In this document: positions 31,954 to 46,502 of the stretch, in pieces
How positions within the stretch are numbered: the first letter of the stretch is position 1
Layout of the letters: every line of letters starts with the position of its first letter
Origin: Eledone cirrhosa
Taxonomy: Eukaryota
Direction: 5' to 3'
Assembly: GCA_964016885.1 (NCBI GenBank)
Contig: OZ024740.1
Coordinates: 370,574,001 to 370,638,000, forward strand
DNA length: 64,000 nucleotides
Program-made: the position numbers and the translations under genes
Notes under the pieces: generated by a model
The model's input: only the letters and a program-made list of their open reading frames with translations
What the model was told of the DNA's origin: nothing
The model's database searches: none

Positions 31954-32879
31954 ACTAGCAGTGGTACCCGGCGTTGCACGGGATAAGGTATTTTGGAACG
32001 CGGGCCGCCAACAGACCTAATCGTTAAAAAACTGCATGCCTGGACAATATGTAAAGAAAATAAACCGAATAGTTTGATGTCTGGATAATCTTTAAGATTT
32101 TCCTCGATGAAGCAGGAAAGATTCAGGTTTTCATCGAATCCCTAGGGGATCAAGAAAATGAAATTTTTTTATGTGCATAATTGAATATTCGGGAAAATCG
32201 TGCTTTGAAATTTCGGGAAAAAATGAAGTTTTTCACCTAATGCCATAAAAAAAAGTTTTCACCTAATGCCATAAAAAAAGTTTTTCACCTAGGCCATAAA
32301 AAAAGTTGGATTTTCTTTGCTCACGGTATGAAGAAGAGACTGACTAATACATAGTTACAATTTCTAGGAAATCGGTCTGACGTAACGCCTCAAAAAAAAA
32401 CCCTAAAAAGCTTTAAAAACGCAGTTTTTCACCTAATGCATACCCTAGGAGATTAAAATGTTGAATTTTTTATGTGCATATCACACCCTGAAACATAAGT
32501 AATACACATGTAAAGTTTTAAAAAAATCGGTTGGGTACTTTCGAGTTTTAGGGATTCAAACTCACAGACACACACACACACACAGAATCCTCAGGGAAGT
32601 GACGTAATGCAGACAGACAGATATTATAAGGGCGCGACGTTATATGTATGTATCTATCTAATAAGAGAAAGACTAAGAATTATAGAAAGAGATCGCTAAA
32701 TCGCCTAATGCGGTCTCTAGGGCATTGAAAATTTGAAACTTTTATTAGCTCAGAACACTCCCTGAAACATAAGTATTACATGTGTAAAGTTTGAAAACAG
32801 TCGGTTGGGTGGTTCTCGAGTTTTAGGGATTCAAACTCACACACACAGAGACAGACATCCTCAGTTTTATATATATAGA
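31954..32879 (-). mobile_element. Non-autonomous Helitron-like element
   Basis: Minus strand starts TCTATATATATAAAA at 32879 and ends with the hairpin cccgtgcaacgccggg followed by CTAG(T) at 31954. Confidence 0.75.
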
Positions 32880-32916
32880 CTAGCAAAAAAACCACTCGAG
32901 GGCGGTTTTCTGCTAG

Positions 32917-33210
32917 TCTATATATCTAAAACAGAGAATGTCTGTCTGTCTGTCAGCTCACTAAAACTTGAGAACCATCCAACCGATTGTTTTCAAACTT
33001 TAGACATGTAATACTTATGGTCCTGTGAGTGTTTTGAGCAAAATTTATTTCAAATTTTCAATGCCCTAGGGGACCGCATTAGGCGATTTAGCGTTCTCTC
33101 TATATAATTCTTAGTCTTTCTTTTTAGATAGATACATAGATATAACGTTGCGCCCTTATAATATCTGTCTGTATATCTGGCTGTCTGCATTACGTCATTA
33201 TGACGCGCTC
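32917..33210 (+). mobile_element. Helitron-like 5' fragment, inverted relative to the adjacent copy
   Basis: Starts TCTATATATCTAAAA; reverse complement of about 32595-32879. Confidence 0.7.
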
Positions 33211-33489
33211 AGTGTGTGTGTGTATATATATATATATGTATCGTAATGCAGACAGCAAGACATAGCTTTCCTTCCCCTCTTCCAGCGTCTCTCTCTCTCC
33301 TTCCCACTATCACCCTCTTGTAGTCTGTCTCTTTCTTTCACTCTCACTCTCTCTCTACGCGTCGGACAGACAGACAGAGAAATTGGTGGTTATATATTAT
33401 AAGGAGATAATAGTTTCTTTCTTAGCCACGCAGGGCTCACATTAAGGAACCACTCATGATAATAACAATTTAAAAAACAAAAAAAATAC

Positions 33490-36400
33490 TCGTGACCAAG
33501 AAATACCGGGATCGCGGCCGGCGGGGCATAGCCGTGTCTCTAGGGGAGGACGACCCCTCTAGTCTTGGTTGACACTCGTCCTAGGAGTGGTAAAACGAAA
33601 TGATTACCCCTTGGCGGTTAAGGAAAAAACGCAACAAAATAAAGACAATGTCAAATGATAAAATCTAATACCGGATGGGCCGACACCCGGGTCAAAAAGG
33701 GCCGCGTCCCTCAGAGAGGAACCAGACTGGAGTCGAAAAATCAGCTAATGGTTCAAACCTTCCCATCCATCCGGAGCTGGAGACCTCCCATAACCGGAAT
33801 ACTCCTACTGTTGGCCTTCCATGCTCACCACCAAGAAATCCAAAGAAAAAAAGAGAAAAATGGTCAAGGGAAGACAATAAAGAAGTCCTTGAGGCTTTCT
33901 ACACTGCCATGTACTATCCATTAAATAGATCGAATACAGAACAGACGTATATCAACTGGAAAAAGAAACATCCCGAAAACAGAGACTATATTGACAGTAA
34001 CAAACTAGCTAATATACGAAGAAATATTGTTAAGAAAAAGTTACTAACTTATATAGAAATTGATCAGATCAAGCAATTAGCGCAAAGTCAGCGAAAGGAA
34101 AATTAAACATGTGTCAGTGAAAACGAAGTAAATTGTAACACTTTAAATCCCAGGGTTGGGGCGGAATCACTAACAGCAGAACAAATTAAAGAAAGGATCG
34201 AAAATGTGTAGGGAGTGCATGCTCAAGATGAAACACAAAATGAAAACAATGAAATCGTAAGTGATAAAGAAATGAATGAGAATGAACTTGCCAATTTGAA
34301 AAATGAAATTATGATCGAATGGATGAAAATGAAAGAATCTGACATGGGGGAACAAGACACTCACCCTAAGATCCAGAACTCCAAACAAAACCAAAGGGTA
34401 ATACACAAGACTAACATAACTCTAAAAAACGTTATCATCACAAATAAACTAAACATTACTGATCTAAATCATCTCTATTATGCATCGGCTAAAGTCACCA
34501 TTCACTTATGAGGAGTGAAAATGAAAAAAACAAAGGAATTCCCACAAAAAACCTACTTAGCAAGAGAACATCAATCGCCAAATAAACCTTCTCCGATCTG
34601 ACATAGAAATTTTAGCAAACTTCAAAGTAGGTGAACATGTTAAACAAACTAAACTTAGAAAATTGAAAAGAAAATACAATATAAAATCAACAAGTGACAT
34701 AGACATGCTGATAGAAACAACCGGCAAAAAGTGTCGGCCAAAGCTGCTCGTATAAGGCGCTTTGAAAAACGCACTAGATTCTATAAGGACAATAATATGT
34801 TCAAAAACAACCAAAAAAACTTCTACAGAAAAATTGGCAAGTCAACAATAACTGCTAAATCAATACCACCGAAGAAAAAGTTTATAATATACATGCACCG
34901 TGGATAGACAGACAAATGAAAGATACATCTTGAGGAGCAAACATGGGAAAATATAACAGTTGAACATCTGCGTTTAGCTCTTAGAAACTCCAGCAAATGG
35001 AAATCCCCAGGGAAAGACAAAATAGCAAATTTTTGGATAAATGCCTTCACAGAGTCTCATGAGCTGTTAGCCCAACTTTACAATGAAATGGTTAAGGAGC
35101 CAGAAAAGATACCATCGTGGCTAGTTAACGGCATTACATTCCTGCTTCCGAAGAATGATGAGACAAACAATCCCAAAAATTACAGACCGATAACTAGCTT
35201 GACCACAATGTATAAAATGTTAACATCAGTCCTAACTGAGTATACATATGATCACCTGATAACAAATGATCTATTTCCCAATGAGCAGAAAGGGTGTAAA
35301 CAAGGCTCATATGGCTGTAAGGATCAGCTTTTGGTTAACAAAATGATACTGGAAGATTGTCATAATAGACACAAAAATCTATCAATTGCTTGGATAGATT
35401 ACAAAAAAGCATTCGATAGTTTGCCACATAGTTGGAGAGAAAAGTGTTTAGAGATTTACAAAATATCTCCCGTGGTCAGGAGATTCTTGTCATTCAGTAT
35501 GAAGACATGGAAAACGACACTCCGTTTGAATAGTTAAAACAAATCACTGGAAGCTGGAGAAGTTAATATTAATTGTGGAATTTTTCAGGGTGACTTTATC
35601 ACCGCTATTATTCTGCATCGCGCTTATACCATTAAGTAAAATGCTCAATGAAACAAAACATGGATGTAAAGTCTATGACAAAACCATTAATCACTTGTTC
35701 TACATGGATGACCTGAAACTATTTGCAAAATAATTGTTTCTACTTTAGGCACAAGGCCAGCAATTATCCAGTGCATTACTGTTACTTTATTTTATCGACC
35801 CCGTAAGGATGAAAGGCAAAGTCAACCTCGGCGGGATTTGAGCTCAGATCGTAAAGGACGTAACTATGCTGGAAAGCATGGCGTCCGACCCTCTACCGAT
35901 ACTGCCAATCCACCGCCCTTTATTTGCAAAATAATGATGAGCAATTGCAAGGGCTATTATCGACTGTTGAAGCAGTGCAGTGATGATATTAAAATGGAGT
36001 TTGGACTAGATAAATGCGCCAAAGCCACGTTCACCAGAGGAAAGCTGCTGAGAAGTTCAGACATTAATCTTGATCGGGGGAATGTGATAAGAGAACTTGA
36101 TCAAGAGGAATCTTACAAATATCTCGGTATTTGTGAAGGAGACGGAATCAAGCACTCGATAATGAGGGAAAGGATAAGGAAGGAATGTTACCGCAGAGTA
36201 AGAGCAATCTTAAGAACGGAATTGAATGCAAGGAATAGGATCGATGCCTTAAACACGCTTGCCATACCAGTAGTAACCTACAGTTTCAATGTCATCAACT
36301 GGTCAAGCACAGAGATCCGTAGGCTCGATACAAAAATTAGAAAATTCTTAACCATGCACAGAATGCATCACTCTAAGGCAGATACAGATAGAATATATCT

Positions 36401-37523
36401 CCCTAGGAAAGAAGGAGGACGTGGATTAATCCAGTTAGATTAAAACTGCAACAATTGGATTATCTACATATCTAAGGGAATCACATGATTGGAAGATCAA
36501 ACTCGTATTGAAACACGAAAGCATCAAAAGATCATACTCCATTACAAAAGATGCACAAAGATACAGTAATGGACTACCCATTCCAGAAGTTCCATTTACT
36601 GCTGAAATGGAAAACACAGAAAAAGCAAAGCAGGTAAAAGTAACTGCAAAGAAAGAACTGCAACAGAAACTGGCTAAGAAATGGCAAGAAAAGCCTCTGT
36701 ATGGAAAATACCCAGAAAGAGCTAACAATCCTGATGTTGACAAAACTTTAACCCATCAGTGGTTGGCATCCTCTGGACTGAAAAGAGAGACTGAAGAACT
36801 GATTATATCAGCACAAGATCAGTGTCTGCCAACAAAAAATTATCAAGCCAACATAATAAATAATGGATGCAACCCATTAAGCCGTGTATGTAAAAAACAA
36901 CCAGAGACCATTGATCATATAATTTCAATGTGGAGTTCTATAGCTCCAACCGAATACGACAGAGCTGTACAATACATACATTGGATAATGTGTAAGCATT
37001 TTTACCTGCGCCATCAAAAGTATTGGTGGGAGCATCAACCACCTCCCGTACTTGAAAAAGATCACATCTCAATCTTGTGGAACTTTAGCATCCAAACAGA
37101 CCGAAACATAGATGCAAATAGACCTGATATAATACTGAAAGACTTTAAAAAGAGGGTATGCCTGCTAATTGATATGTCCGTTCCAATAGACAAGAATGTA
37201 TCTATAAAAACATTTGAAAAATTGTCCTGGAGATAGAAATTGGAAAAATGTGGAAGTTGAGAACTAAAACAATACCAGTGATTGTGGGCGCTCTAGTAAT
37301 GATACCTAAGGGGTCTAATGATTACTTATCCCAAATCCCAGGAAACCCGCGTATAGAAGAAATTCAAAAGATAGTACTAATGATTCTGTCAATATAAGTA
37401 CATCACAAGTCTAAACACCTAAAGATGCATGTGTGTGTATGTATGGTCTTTCTTGAACATGGCTGTGACTTGGTGATAACTCGTATGACCATAAAGCAAG
37501 ATAAATGCAATAATAATAATAAT
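33490..37523 (+). mobile_element. R4/Dong-type RLE non-LTR element, second family, near full-length, mutated
   Basis: N-terminal KWSREDNKEV Myb-like motif, [38 protein letters not shown], (AAT)n tail. Confidence 0.92.
35735..35920 (-). mobile_element. SINE inserted into the RT with a 15 bp TSD
   Basis: TSD tatttgcaaaataat at 35720-35734 and 35921-35935, just after the YMDDLK codons. Confidence 0.92.
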
Positions 37524-40500
37524 GTGATTGGAATGACAAAGAGTGTTTTAATAAATATTCTCATACGATGCAATATGAAGTGAAACAACTTTAACTTTGA
37601 ATTCACAAAGGAGTCGCTGACTCAGCTCCTATGAAATTCCCTTTCACACTTCAACAGTTACCGTCAAAATAATAACTTATCATTTATAGAATTCCATTCC
37701 GTGTTATTACGCAGTTATTCAAGAACAGAAATAATACAATTCTAATATCAAAAGTAATGAACATAGCCAGAGAGAAAATATACATTAAAAACAACTCAAC
37801 TTATTTGAATGACGTTGCTAACTGAGTTTTTTTTCATTGCTATTTTTTGAGAGAAAAATAAATTACACTATTCCTGAGATTTTAGTATATAGTTTTCTTT
37901 CTTCACAAAGCAACAATATATGCGCAATATATTTCAATGTAATCAAAACATCTTGTTATATATATGTATCAAGGATGATACATGTGTACATGTGTGTATG
38001 TATATCTATTTATCTATATGTATGTATGTGTGTATATGTGTGTGCGTGTGTGTGTGTGCGTGCGTATGTGTGTGTGTGTGTGTGCGTGTGTGTGCGTGTG
38101 TGTGTGTGTGTGCGGCACGCGCACACACTAACGATATTTTTTTTATAGAGATAGATATATTAAATAGATAGATAGATAGATAGATAGATATCTTTCTTTA
38201 TTTGCCACAGGAGCGTACAAGAAATGGGACATTACAAAACGTGACGGCGGGAGTTTAACATAAACAATGTGTAAACTTTAACATTAATAAATTAAAATAA
38301 ACTATATATTAAAATAAAATAACAATCGAAATCCCCAATAGAGGGAACGTTACTGTGGGGTTGTTTTATACCCCCGTAGGTAGAACAACCCTCAACACCA
38401 GGAGCACGTTTTGTAGGTGTTCCCGTCTTCCAGATGAACGGATTCCAATTACTCTGTAATTTTTTTTTTCAAATAACTAGTTAACTTGAAGAATATACTC
38501 TTCAAACGCGCCTTGCTTTATCGATCGTGTCAGGAGAAGAAAAGTGCGTTTCACATGGTTTTTATTTCTGGTATACACATTAGCTGTCCGTCAAGGAAAA
38601 ATGCTACATTAATATTGGATTATTTGCTCTGATTTGTTTGAAATAATAATTATAAATTTATGGAGGTTATAATATTTCACGTAATATATATTGACGTAAG
38701 AAGTATTCAGAATAATGAAAATCCAACTGCATGACATTGTGATGAAACATTTCTCCCTTCTTATGGGGAGTGGGGTTTGCAAACGATAGATGGTTTACAT
38801 TATATAACTTTACTCTCTCTTATTTCTGTATATGTACAACGTCTCAGTTAAAAAATTGGTTGTTTTAATAAAATAATTCAATGAAATATGCTTAGTCATC
38901 TACATGATCTCACCTGCATACTTCAAGACTATGTCAAGAAAAATATATTTAACATTATTTAATTGTTTATAACTAAAACTGTAAAAATTATCGATTGCCT
39001 AATTGCCTTAATGTTTTTTAATATTACCAAACTTATTATGACTCAAAGTCATAAATCACCGCTCTAAAACCTCTAGACAACAAACGTATTCTCTCCTCAC
39101 TCTGCTTGCACTATAGCTGCTCAACGGCCTCTACTCCTCGGAAAAAGCTGTTTGCATAATACCTACATCGAAGCCCACCAAGTACACCTGTCTCTCGTCT
39201 TTGTTCCCACACTAACCACTTTGTCCAATCCTTACTTGCTGGCACGTCGAGCACCTGTAATTTCGTTCTCTTGTTGTGCTGGAAGACTTACTGCAGCTCA
39301 AACTGAATATCCATTGAATCAATCTGAAAATGAAAAACGAAAATCATGCTCTGATAAAGGATTAAATTTTCCGATACAAAAAATACTTTGCTCTCCAGAA
39401 TTCTATCCTACAGGATAAATACTTGCTGTCATTCATTTCATGAAAGAACTGTCAATTAAATAATTCATTCTTGATATTTTGATTCTCTTGAAAATTGTCC
39501 TCGAAGCACAAATCAATATACTGGAATTGAAATAAAAAGTGTAATTGGTTTGGTAACTTAAACGAAACATTCTATCGTAGTAGACTGTAGTAGTGACTCA
39601 ATGAAGAAGCGAACATTTTGTAAGGATATAAAGCAATGGAAAAACATCATGAAAACATCGTACACCGTCATCATTGTAAATATCTCTGTTGTTAAAATAA
39701 CCACTGTTAATGCGAAATGAAGCATTCGTATGATTATCTGATTGTGTTAAAAGTGCTAGATGAAGTTACCGCAAAATATAAAACGAACGAACGGTTATAT
39801 CACTTTCTGGTGCTCTGATGCTGTCTTTTATCTTCAGCAATGACACATTACTCTTGCAAATTTAATCCACCTAGCCGAACACATGTTTCAATATACGTAG
39901 CTATAATCTATCTATGAAATCAATGAAAGTACTGTGTAATTCACAACCATCTCATCGACTTCTGTAATAATGAAACTATTCAAACGGTGAACATGTTTTA
40001 AAACATTTATAGTCGTCACTTCAATATACCTTTAATGTAAATGGACTTTGAGGAGTACCATGTTTCTAGAAACTAACACCAAATCAGTTATCAACCGAAT
40101 CTTTTACAGGTTCTACAAAAATTCCAATAGCTTTGTGGATAAAGCATCGAGATCTTGGTATGAATGTAGTGAAATGAGCCCATATTCCGTTATTGGCGTT
40201 GCACTATTATTTGTCGGATGAGAGGGGAGAATCAAATAAATCCCTTCCAAACTGCACAGATATTTCTGGAAATCTAATCTTATAAGAGAGACAAAACTTG
40301 CCTGGTAAAAAAGTAATTTTATTAAATATATCACTGGTAGCGCTCAGAAAAAGAATGAAAACAAGTAACACACAAATTACATTTAAACTAGCAAGCTCAG
40401 AAAGATGCATCTGTCACCCTTGTCAATTTCTTTAATGTACAGACAAGTAAATATTACCGACTCTATCCTCATTTCTATGCGTTTAGATCTTCAATCGATT

Positions 40501-40631
40501 AGGTTAGTTTGGAGAAATGTGGACTAGTTTTCGTTTTCAAAGCACTATGATACACACCACACACACACATACATGTACACGTATATTTACATATATGCAT
40601 GAGTAAGTACGTTTAATTATGTATCTCTGAG

Positions 40632-40681
<50 letters not shown>

Positions 40682-40737
40682 CGGAATGTATACGTATTTA
40701 TATACATATCAATATATATATATATTCATACTTTCAG

Positions 40738-40815
<78 letters not shown>

Positions 40816-40908
40816 ACACATATATAAGTGTATGGTCGTGTGGTTCTGTGTGTGTGTGCTTATGTGCATATACCAAACTTTCTCTCTCTATATATATGAA
40901 TATATATC

Positions 40909-40939
<31 letters not shown>

Positions 40940-41203
40940 ATGCGTATGTAGAGGTAGATAAATAGGTAGATAAAGAAACATTGTAAGGACCGCTTCTTTT
41001 GATTTGTAAGTTTTATATAATTTAATTTGATGCTGGTCGTGTTGGTAATGGCATTCTGTATTGTGTTGCTTAGTTGATTTTTTTAATGTTCCATTGGTAC
41101 GTCTTTGAAGTGTGATAATTTTACCTGTATAGTACCACTCTCTCTATCTACACACATACATATACAAACAAATATACAAAACACACACACGCATATATAT
41201 ATA

Positions 41204-41278
<75 letters not shown>

Positions 41279-41283
<5 letters not shown>

Positions 41284-41472
41284 AACGAGTAAGACCCCGA
41301 CGGCTGAGCTCAAGCCGTTTCGACGGCTAATTCAGTCCAGAATTAACCGTCGAAACGGCTTGAGCTCAGCCGTCGGGGTCTTACTTGTTCCTATTACCCA
41401 CTCTACTACCCTAAGTATTGAGTACTTTGGTGCGTTATGGTCCACCTGGTTCCTTACTACATTTCCTTCGTT
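41279..41472 (+). mobile_element. Family C fold-back element in (TA)n
   Basis: About 115 bp palindrome plus 80 bp tail ending ttccttcgt(TA)n. Confidence 0.85.
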
Positions 41473-41900
41473 ATATATATATATATATAATGTATAATAA
41501 ACAATACAATATAATTACCTCATTACCAGAGGTTTCCCGAATAAGACGAATACGAAAAACGTCCTGATTCGTTCGTCGGACAAGGCAATTTAAAACATAG
41601 TGAAATATTTGGAAAGTCTCCTCAAGAAATGCAAAAAATATATAAATAAAAATAATGAAAGAGATATATAAAAAAATATAAGGAAATACAGTTAGGGTAT
41701 GTGTATATGTATGTATATACACTCACAAATGTACATATGTGTGTATGTACAAATGCATGTGTATGGTGAAAATGTGTGCGTAAGTACATATATGAGGGCA
41801 AGTATATTCAATACATATATATATATATATTTATACATATATATATATATACATACATACATATTTATATATATGTGTGTGAGGTGGGGGTGTAAATGTG

Positions 41901-41933
<33 letters not shown>

Positions 41934-42122
41934 GTATATATATGTATATATATATGTATGTATATATGTATATATGTATGTTTGTGAGAGAGAGAGAAAA
42001 AAGAATGCGTATGTAATGCTCGCATATGTATATATGTACATATCTGTGTATATATATATGTGTATATATATATATATATATGTGCATACATATATAGAGA
42101 GAAATGTATGTGTGTATCTGTC

Positions 42123-42164
<42 letters not shown>

Positions 42165-42168
<4 letters not shown>

Positions 42169-42292
42169 AAATTGTTCAAGACCCCGACGGCAGATTTCTT
42201 GAACAATTTCCTATTACCCACTCTACTACCCTAAGTATTGAGTTCTCTGGTGCGTTATGGTCCATCTGGTTCATTACCACACTTCCTTCGTT
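42165..42292 (+). mobile_element. Family C element with shorter fold-back
   Basis: taggaaattgttcaaga...tcttgaacaatttccta followed by the conserved tail. Confidence 0.8.
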
Positions 42293-42326
42293 ATATATAT
42301 AATATATATATATATATATATGTATT

Positions 42327-42598
<272 letters not shown>

Positions 42599-42854
42599 GT
42601 GTGTGTATGTGTGTGTGTGTATTTTAGCAAATTTGCTGAGACACAACAATGCCATCAACGCATCTCTAAGGAGCCGCTCACTATTTTTATTATCTTTCTA
42701 CTCCATTCTTCACCGGTTTTTACCTTATGTTTCCTTATATACATTTCTTACTTTAATTCTTTTATTTTCATTCAGAAGTTTTATTAGTGTTGCTACTATT
42801 GTTGTTTGTTGTAGTCGTTATTTATGTTGTCCTTGCTGTGATTCATGTACCATA

Positions 42855-43100
42855 TGTTGTTGTTCTTGTTGCTGCTTTTGTTGTTGTTGTTGTTGTTGTT
42901 GCTGCTGATGCTTTGTTGCTGCTGATGCTTTGTTGCTGATTTTGTTGTTGTTGTTGCTGCTGCTTTGTTGCTGATTTTGTTGTTGTTGTTGTTGCTGCTG
43001 CTTTGTTGCTGATTTTGTTGTTGTTTATTGCTGTTTCCTTTTCATCTCTTTGCCAAATTGTGTTATCTTTCTTTTGTTAGTGTTGTTGTTGTTGTTTTTA
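42855..43100. repeat. (TTG/CTG)n low-complexity tract
   Basis: Directly visible. Confidence 0.9.
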
Positions 43101-43306
43101 TTTGTTTATTTAATTATTCCTTTATTGCTGTTATTGTATTTTATTTTGTTTGTATTGTTGTTCCCGAGATGTGCTCACGTGTGAGTGTATCAGTATCTCT
43201 GTAGATTCTTGTTTGTTTTTTTATGTGTGTCTTTATATACATATATATGTGTGTGTGAGTGTGTATGTTTTGGTGTTTATATTTGTACGTTTGTGTATGT
43301 GCCCTC

Positions 43307-43341
<35 letters not shown>

Positions 43342-43869
43342 CACACGCTTTCGCAGAATTTTCTTGTACATCCAATCAAGCCACCATTTCTTCTGTGAAA
43401 TTACTGATGTTCATTTTCATTGAGAGAATACGATCCTGAGACTAGTACACAGTGTGTGTTCGTTTTGGGTTGCATGCATACATTATACCATATGCGTGTA
43501 TATCCTTTCACATAAAAGCCAATATGTCCAAAGGCCATGTGTACGAGTGTGTGTGTGGTTTTTTTTTTTGGGGGGGGGGGGTATGTGTCTGTGTGTGTCT
43601 GTGCCTGTGTGTGTCTGTGCCTGTGTGTGTCTGTGCCTGTGTGTGTATCATGGGTGTGTAGTTAAATTGTTTTACAATCACGTTGTTCTTGTTCAATCCC
43701 AATGTACAGTCCATTGAGCAAGGGTCTTAAGCCTAAAAAGACCTTACAGTGAAAATTTAAAAGCGGAATTCCGACGGACATAGATGTATACACACACTGC
43801 ATATAAATATATACGAATAAACATTTAGAAGGCTATCTATCTATGAATATTGAAATGCAGACAGCTAGC

Positions 43870-45135
43870 GTCGTCTAGCGGATTCCAGCAGAATCAGCGG
43901 AAGACAATACATTTCTGGCCATGACCGTCATCATGACAGTACTTCCCCTGCTATTTGCAGGAATTTGAAACAGGCGAAAATATGTAACCAATATGCCAAA
44001 ATAGATGTTTAAAATGTTCCTGTATACCTGCTCAACCAAGGTTCCCTTTCGTTTCCCACAAGACACTCTATATACCGAAATAGAGTCATGACTTTCCTAT
44101 CAATGTTTACATTTGCGGCATTCTACATGGCTAGCGTTGAAAACAAGATTACTCTTAAACATATCTACATCATATATAACAGGTGCGTTGATGATATAGC
44201 CATTCTGATTAATACAGATGGAAGATTCCAAAAATAATTCTATACTTATATCTACAATTCAACATAATTTTAGCATAAATTCAAATCCTAAAACTACCCC
44301 ATTCTATGTAACAAATATAGAAATAAGGACCAACGTTTAAAACACCTCAATATACACGGAAAATACAAACAAATGACTACGTATGCACAGGATATTGTTA
44401 AATATGAAATAATTGAGAATATTAACTCGTTTGAGTGACCGTTATTAACCAATAATGGACATGCAAACACATTAGCAGACCAAGCCTTAGACTGAATAAA
44501 TTCAACCTCAGAGATGAAACAGACACATCACTTAGTAAAACACACAAGCCACGCATATAGTTTATTATATGAATCAAATGCACCCTAATTATAAAATGTC
44601 ATTTAAAATTAATAAAATATAGCATATGTATCAGACTTAACAGTTAAAATATATTAGAAAACACCAGAATCAAAAACCTCATCATCAACATAAACCACAA
44701 ATCTGCAAGCTAAGGAATGTAATTTAGATAACCAATAAAAACACTGTGAACGTGACAATTGAAAAACTAATGATTCAAACTGTGACATCTGTTTTTTTTC
44801 TCGTCAATGACCATAATTGTACAAGTAGCAATTTCACTACATTATAATACCCAACAAAAAACAAAATTAGATATAAAAATATTACTTGATAAAATTACCA
44901 TCCTATATATGATAGAATTCTATAAAAATTAGAAGACCATTTAAGGAAGCTTTGTTAATAGCACATTGCGATGCATATACTAGCACACTTAAAATACAAC
45001 ACACATGGAATTAACACGGAAAACAGTCAAGTTTTAACCGTTCAAGAATGTTTAGCTTATTCATGACGATTTAATTAGTTACATCATTCCTATGATCCTT
45101 GCTTATTACTACGAAACACGCCGACATAATTTGAT
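43870..45135 (+). mobile_element. Highly degraded Penelope-like element (RT to GIY-YIG)
   Basis: TCSTKVPFRFPQDTLY, FAAFYMASVENKI, YNRCVDDIAIL (RYVDD-like), EALLI; degenerate hammerhead-like tail near 45060-45130. Confidence 0.6.
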
Positions 45136-45966
45136 TCAGACAGTGATATCAAGAAAGCCTTAAGACATTAATGGACTAAAGAACATTATTGTGTCAACTA
45201 AACATAATGGTCTAACAAAGAATAGAAATGATTAATAAATGCCAAACTTGAAGGTTATTCCGATATATATATATATCCCACAAACACATACACACACACA
45301 TAACACCCATACACACACACAACTCCCTCCCCCATTTCTACTAATAGAATCATATTCCTACACACACACACACACATACCAGCACACAATTAAACATACA
45401 TATCTCTACTTTCTTTATTTCAATAGAAAATCTGAATTTTGACACCCCAGCACAACAGCCATATTCACTGAACCAGAACAATTCTCCCCATCCCGTTTTT
45501 CTTGACCATTATCTTTTTGGGGGCACAAAATTCTCTAAAAGGCTACAAAATAAATTGCCAAATGCGGGTGCGAAAAAAAAAGCCATCGTGAGCCACCTTT
45601 TTTTAAGTAAAACGAAATTCAAACACAAACTGGCGCGAAAGCTGATGTGCTTATTCACGTGACTGCATCAACCAACCACATTTCACTCATATATGAAAAA
45701 ACAACCTGCCCCCCCCCCCCCCCTTCTTTTTTTTTAAGGCCCTCCATCTCAATTCTACATTGAAAAGCAGATCTATGTAAAAGTTTTACAAACTATCAGA
45801 GGGAATATACATACCTACACATATATATGCTGTCTTCAGAAATAAATTATTTCTATATGATATACATACCAACACACACATATATATCCTAGAAACGATC
45901 GTAAAATGATGAATTTTTTAATATAAGGAACTGTTTCTTTGTTTTTATTCATTATTTTTATTAATT

Positions 45967-46073
<107 letters not shown>

Positions 46074-46257
46074 ATATACACACACAGTTCGAGAGTAAAC
46101 CAATCTTAAAGAGAGAGATGGAGATAGGAGAGGAGAATAGAGATTGGTGAAGGTGTTAGAAGCCAAAAGCGTAAAGGCATGTGCTCGATGTGCAATATGC
46201 AGTGGAAGGCAGCTAGGTGACTGGGTTCATGCAGAGATTAGGTGCACAGAACTAGAA

Positions 46258-46447
46258 ATATTCATTAGTTAAGCAAAACAAGACCACAAATTCACAAAGA
46301 AGACGTTATTTAAAGAGTTTCAACATATTTTCAGTTTAATGTAAGGAATAAGGAGTGTAATTATAGTTTAATGTAAGGAATAATAATGTTGAAACTCTTT
46401 AAATAACGTCTTCCTTGTGAATTTGTGGTCTTGTTTTTCTTAACTAA

Positions 46448-46453
<6 letters not shown>
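46258..46453. repeat. Fold-back repeat of about 70 bp arms next to (TA)n
   Basis: 46258-46330 is the reverse complement of about 46385-46453; short internal direct repeat agtttaatgtaaggaataa. Confidence 0.8.
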
Positions 46454-46490
<37 letters not shown>

Positions 46491-46502
<12 letters not shown>

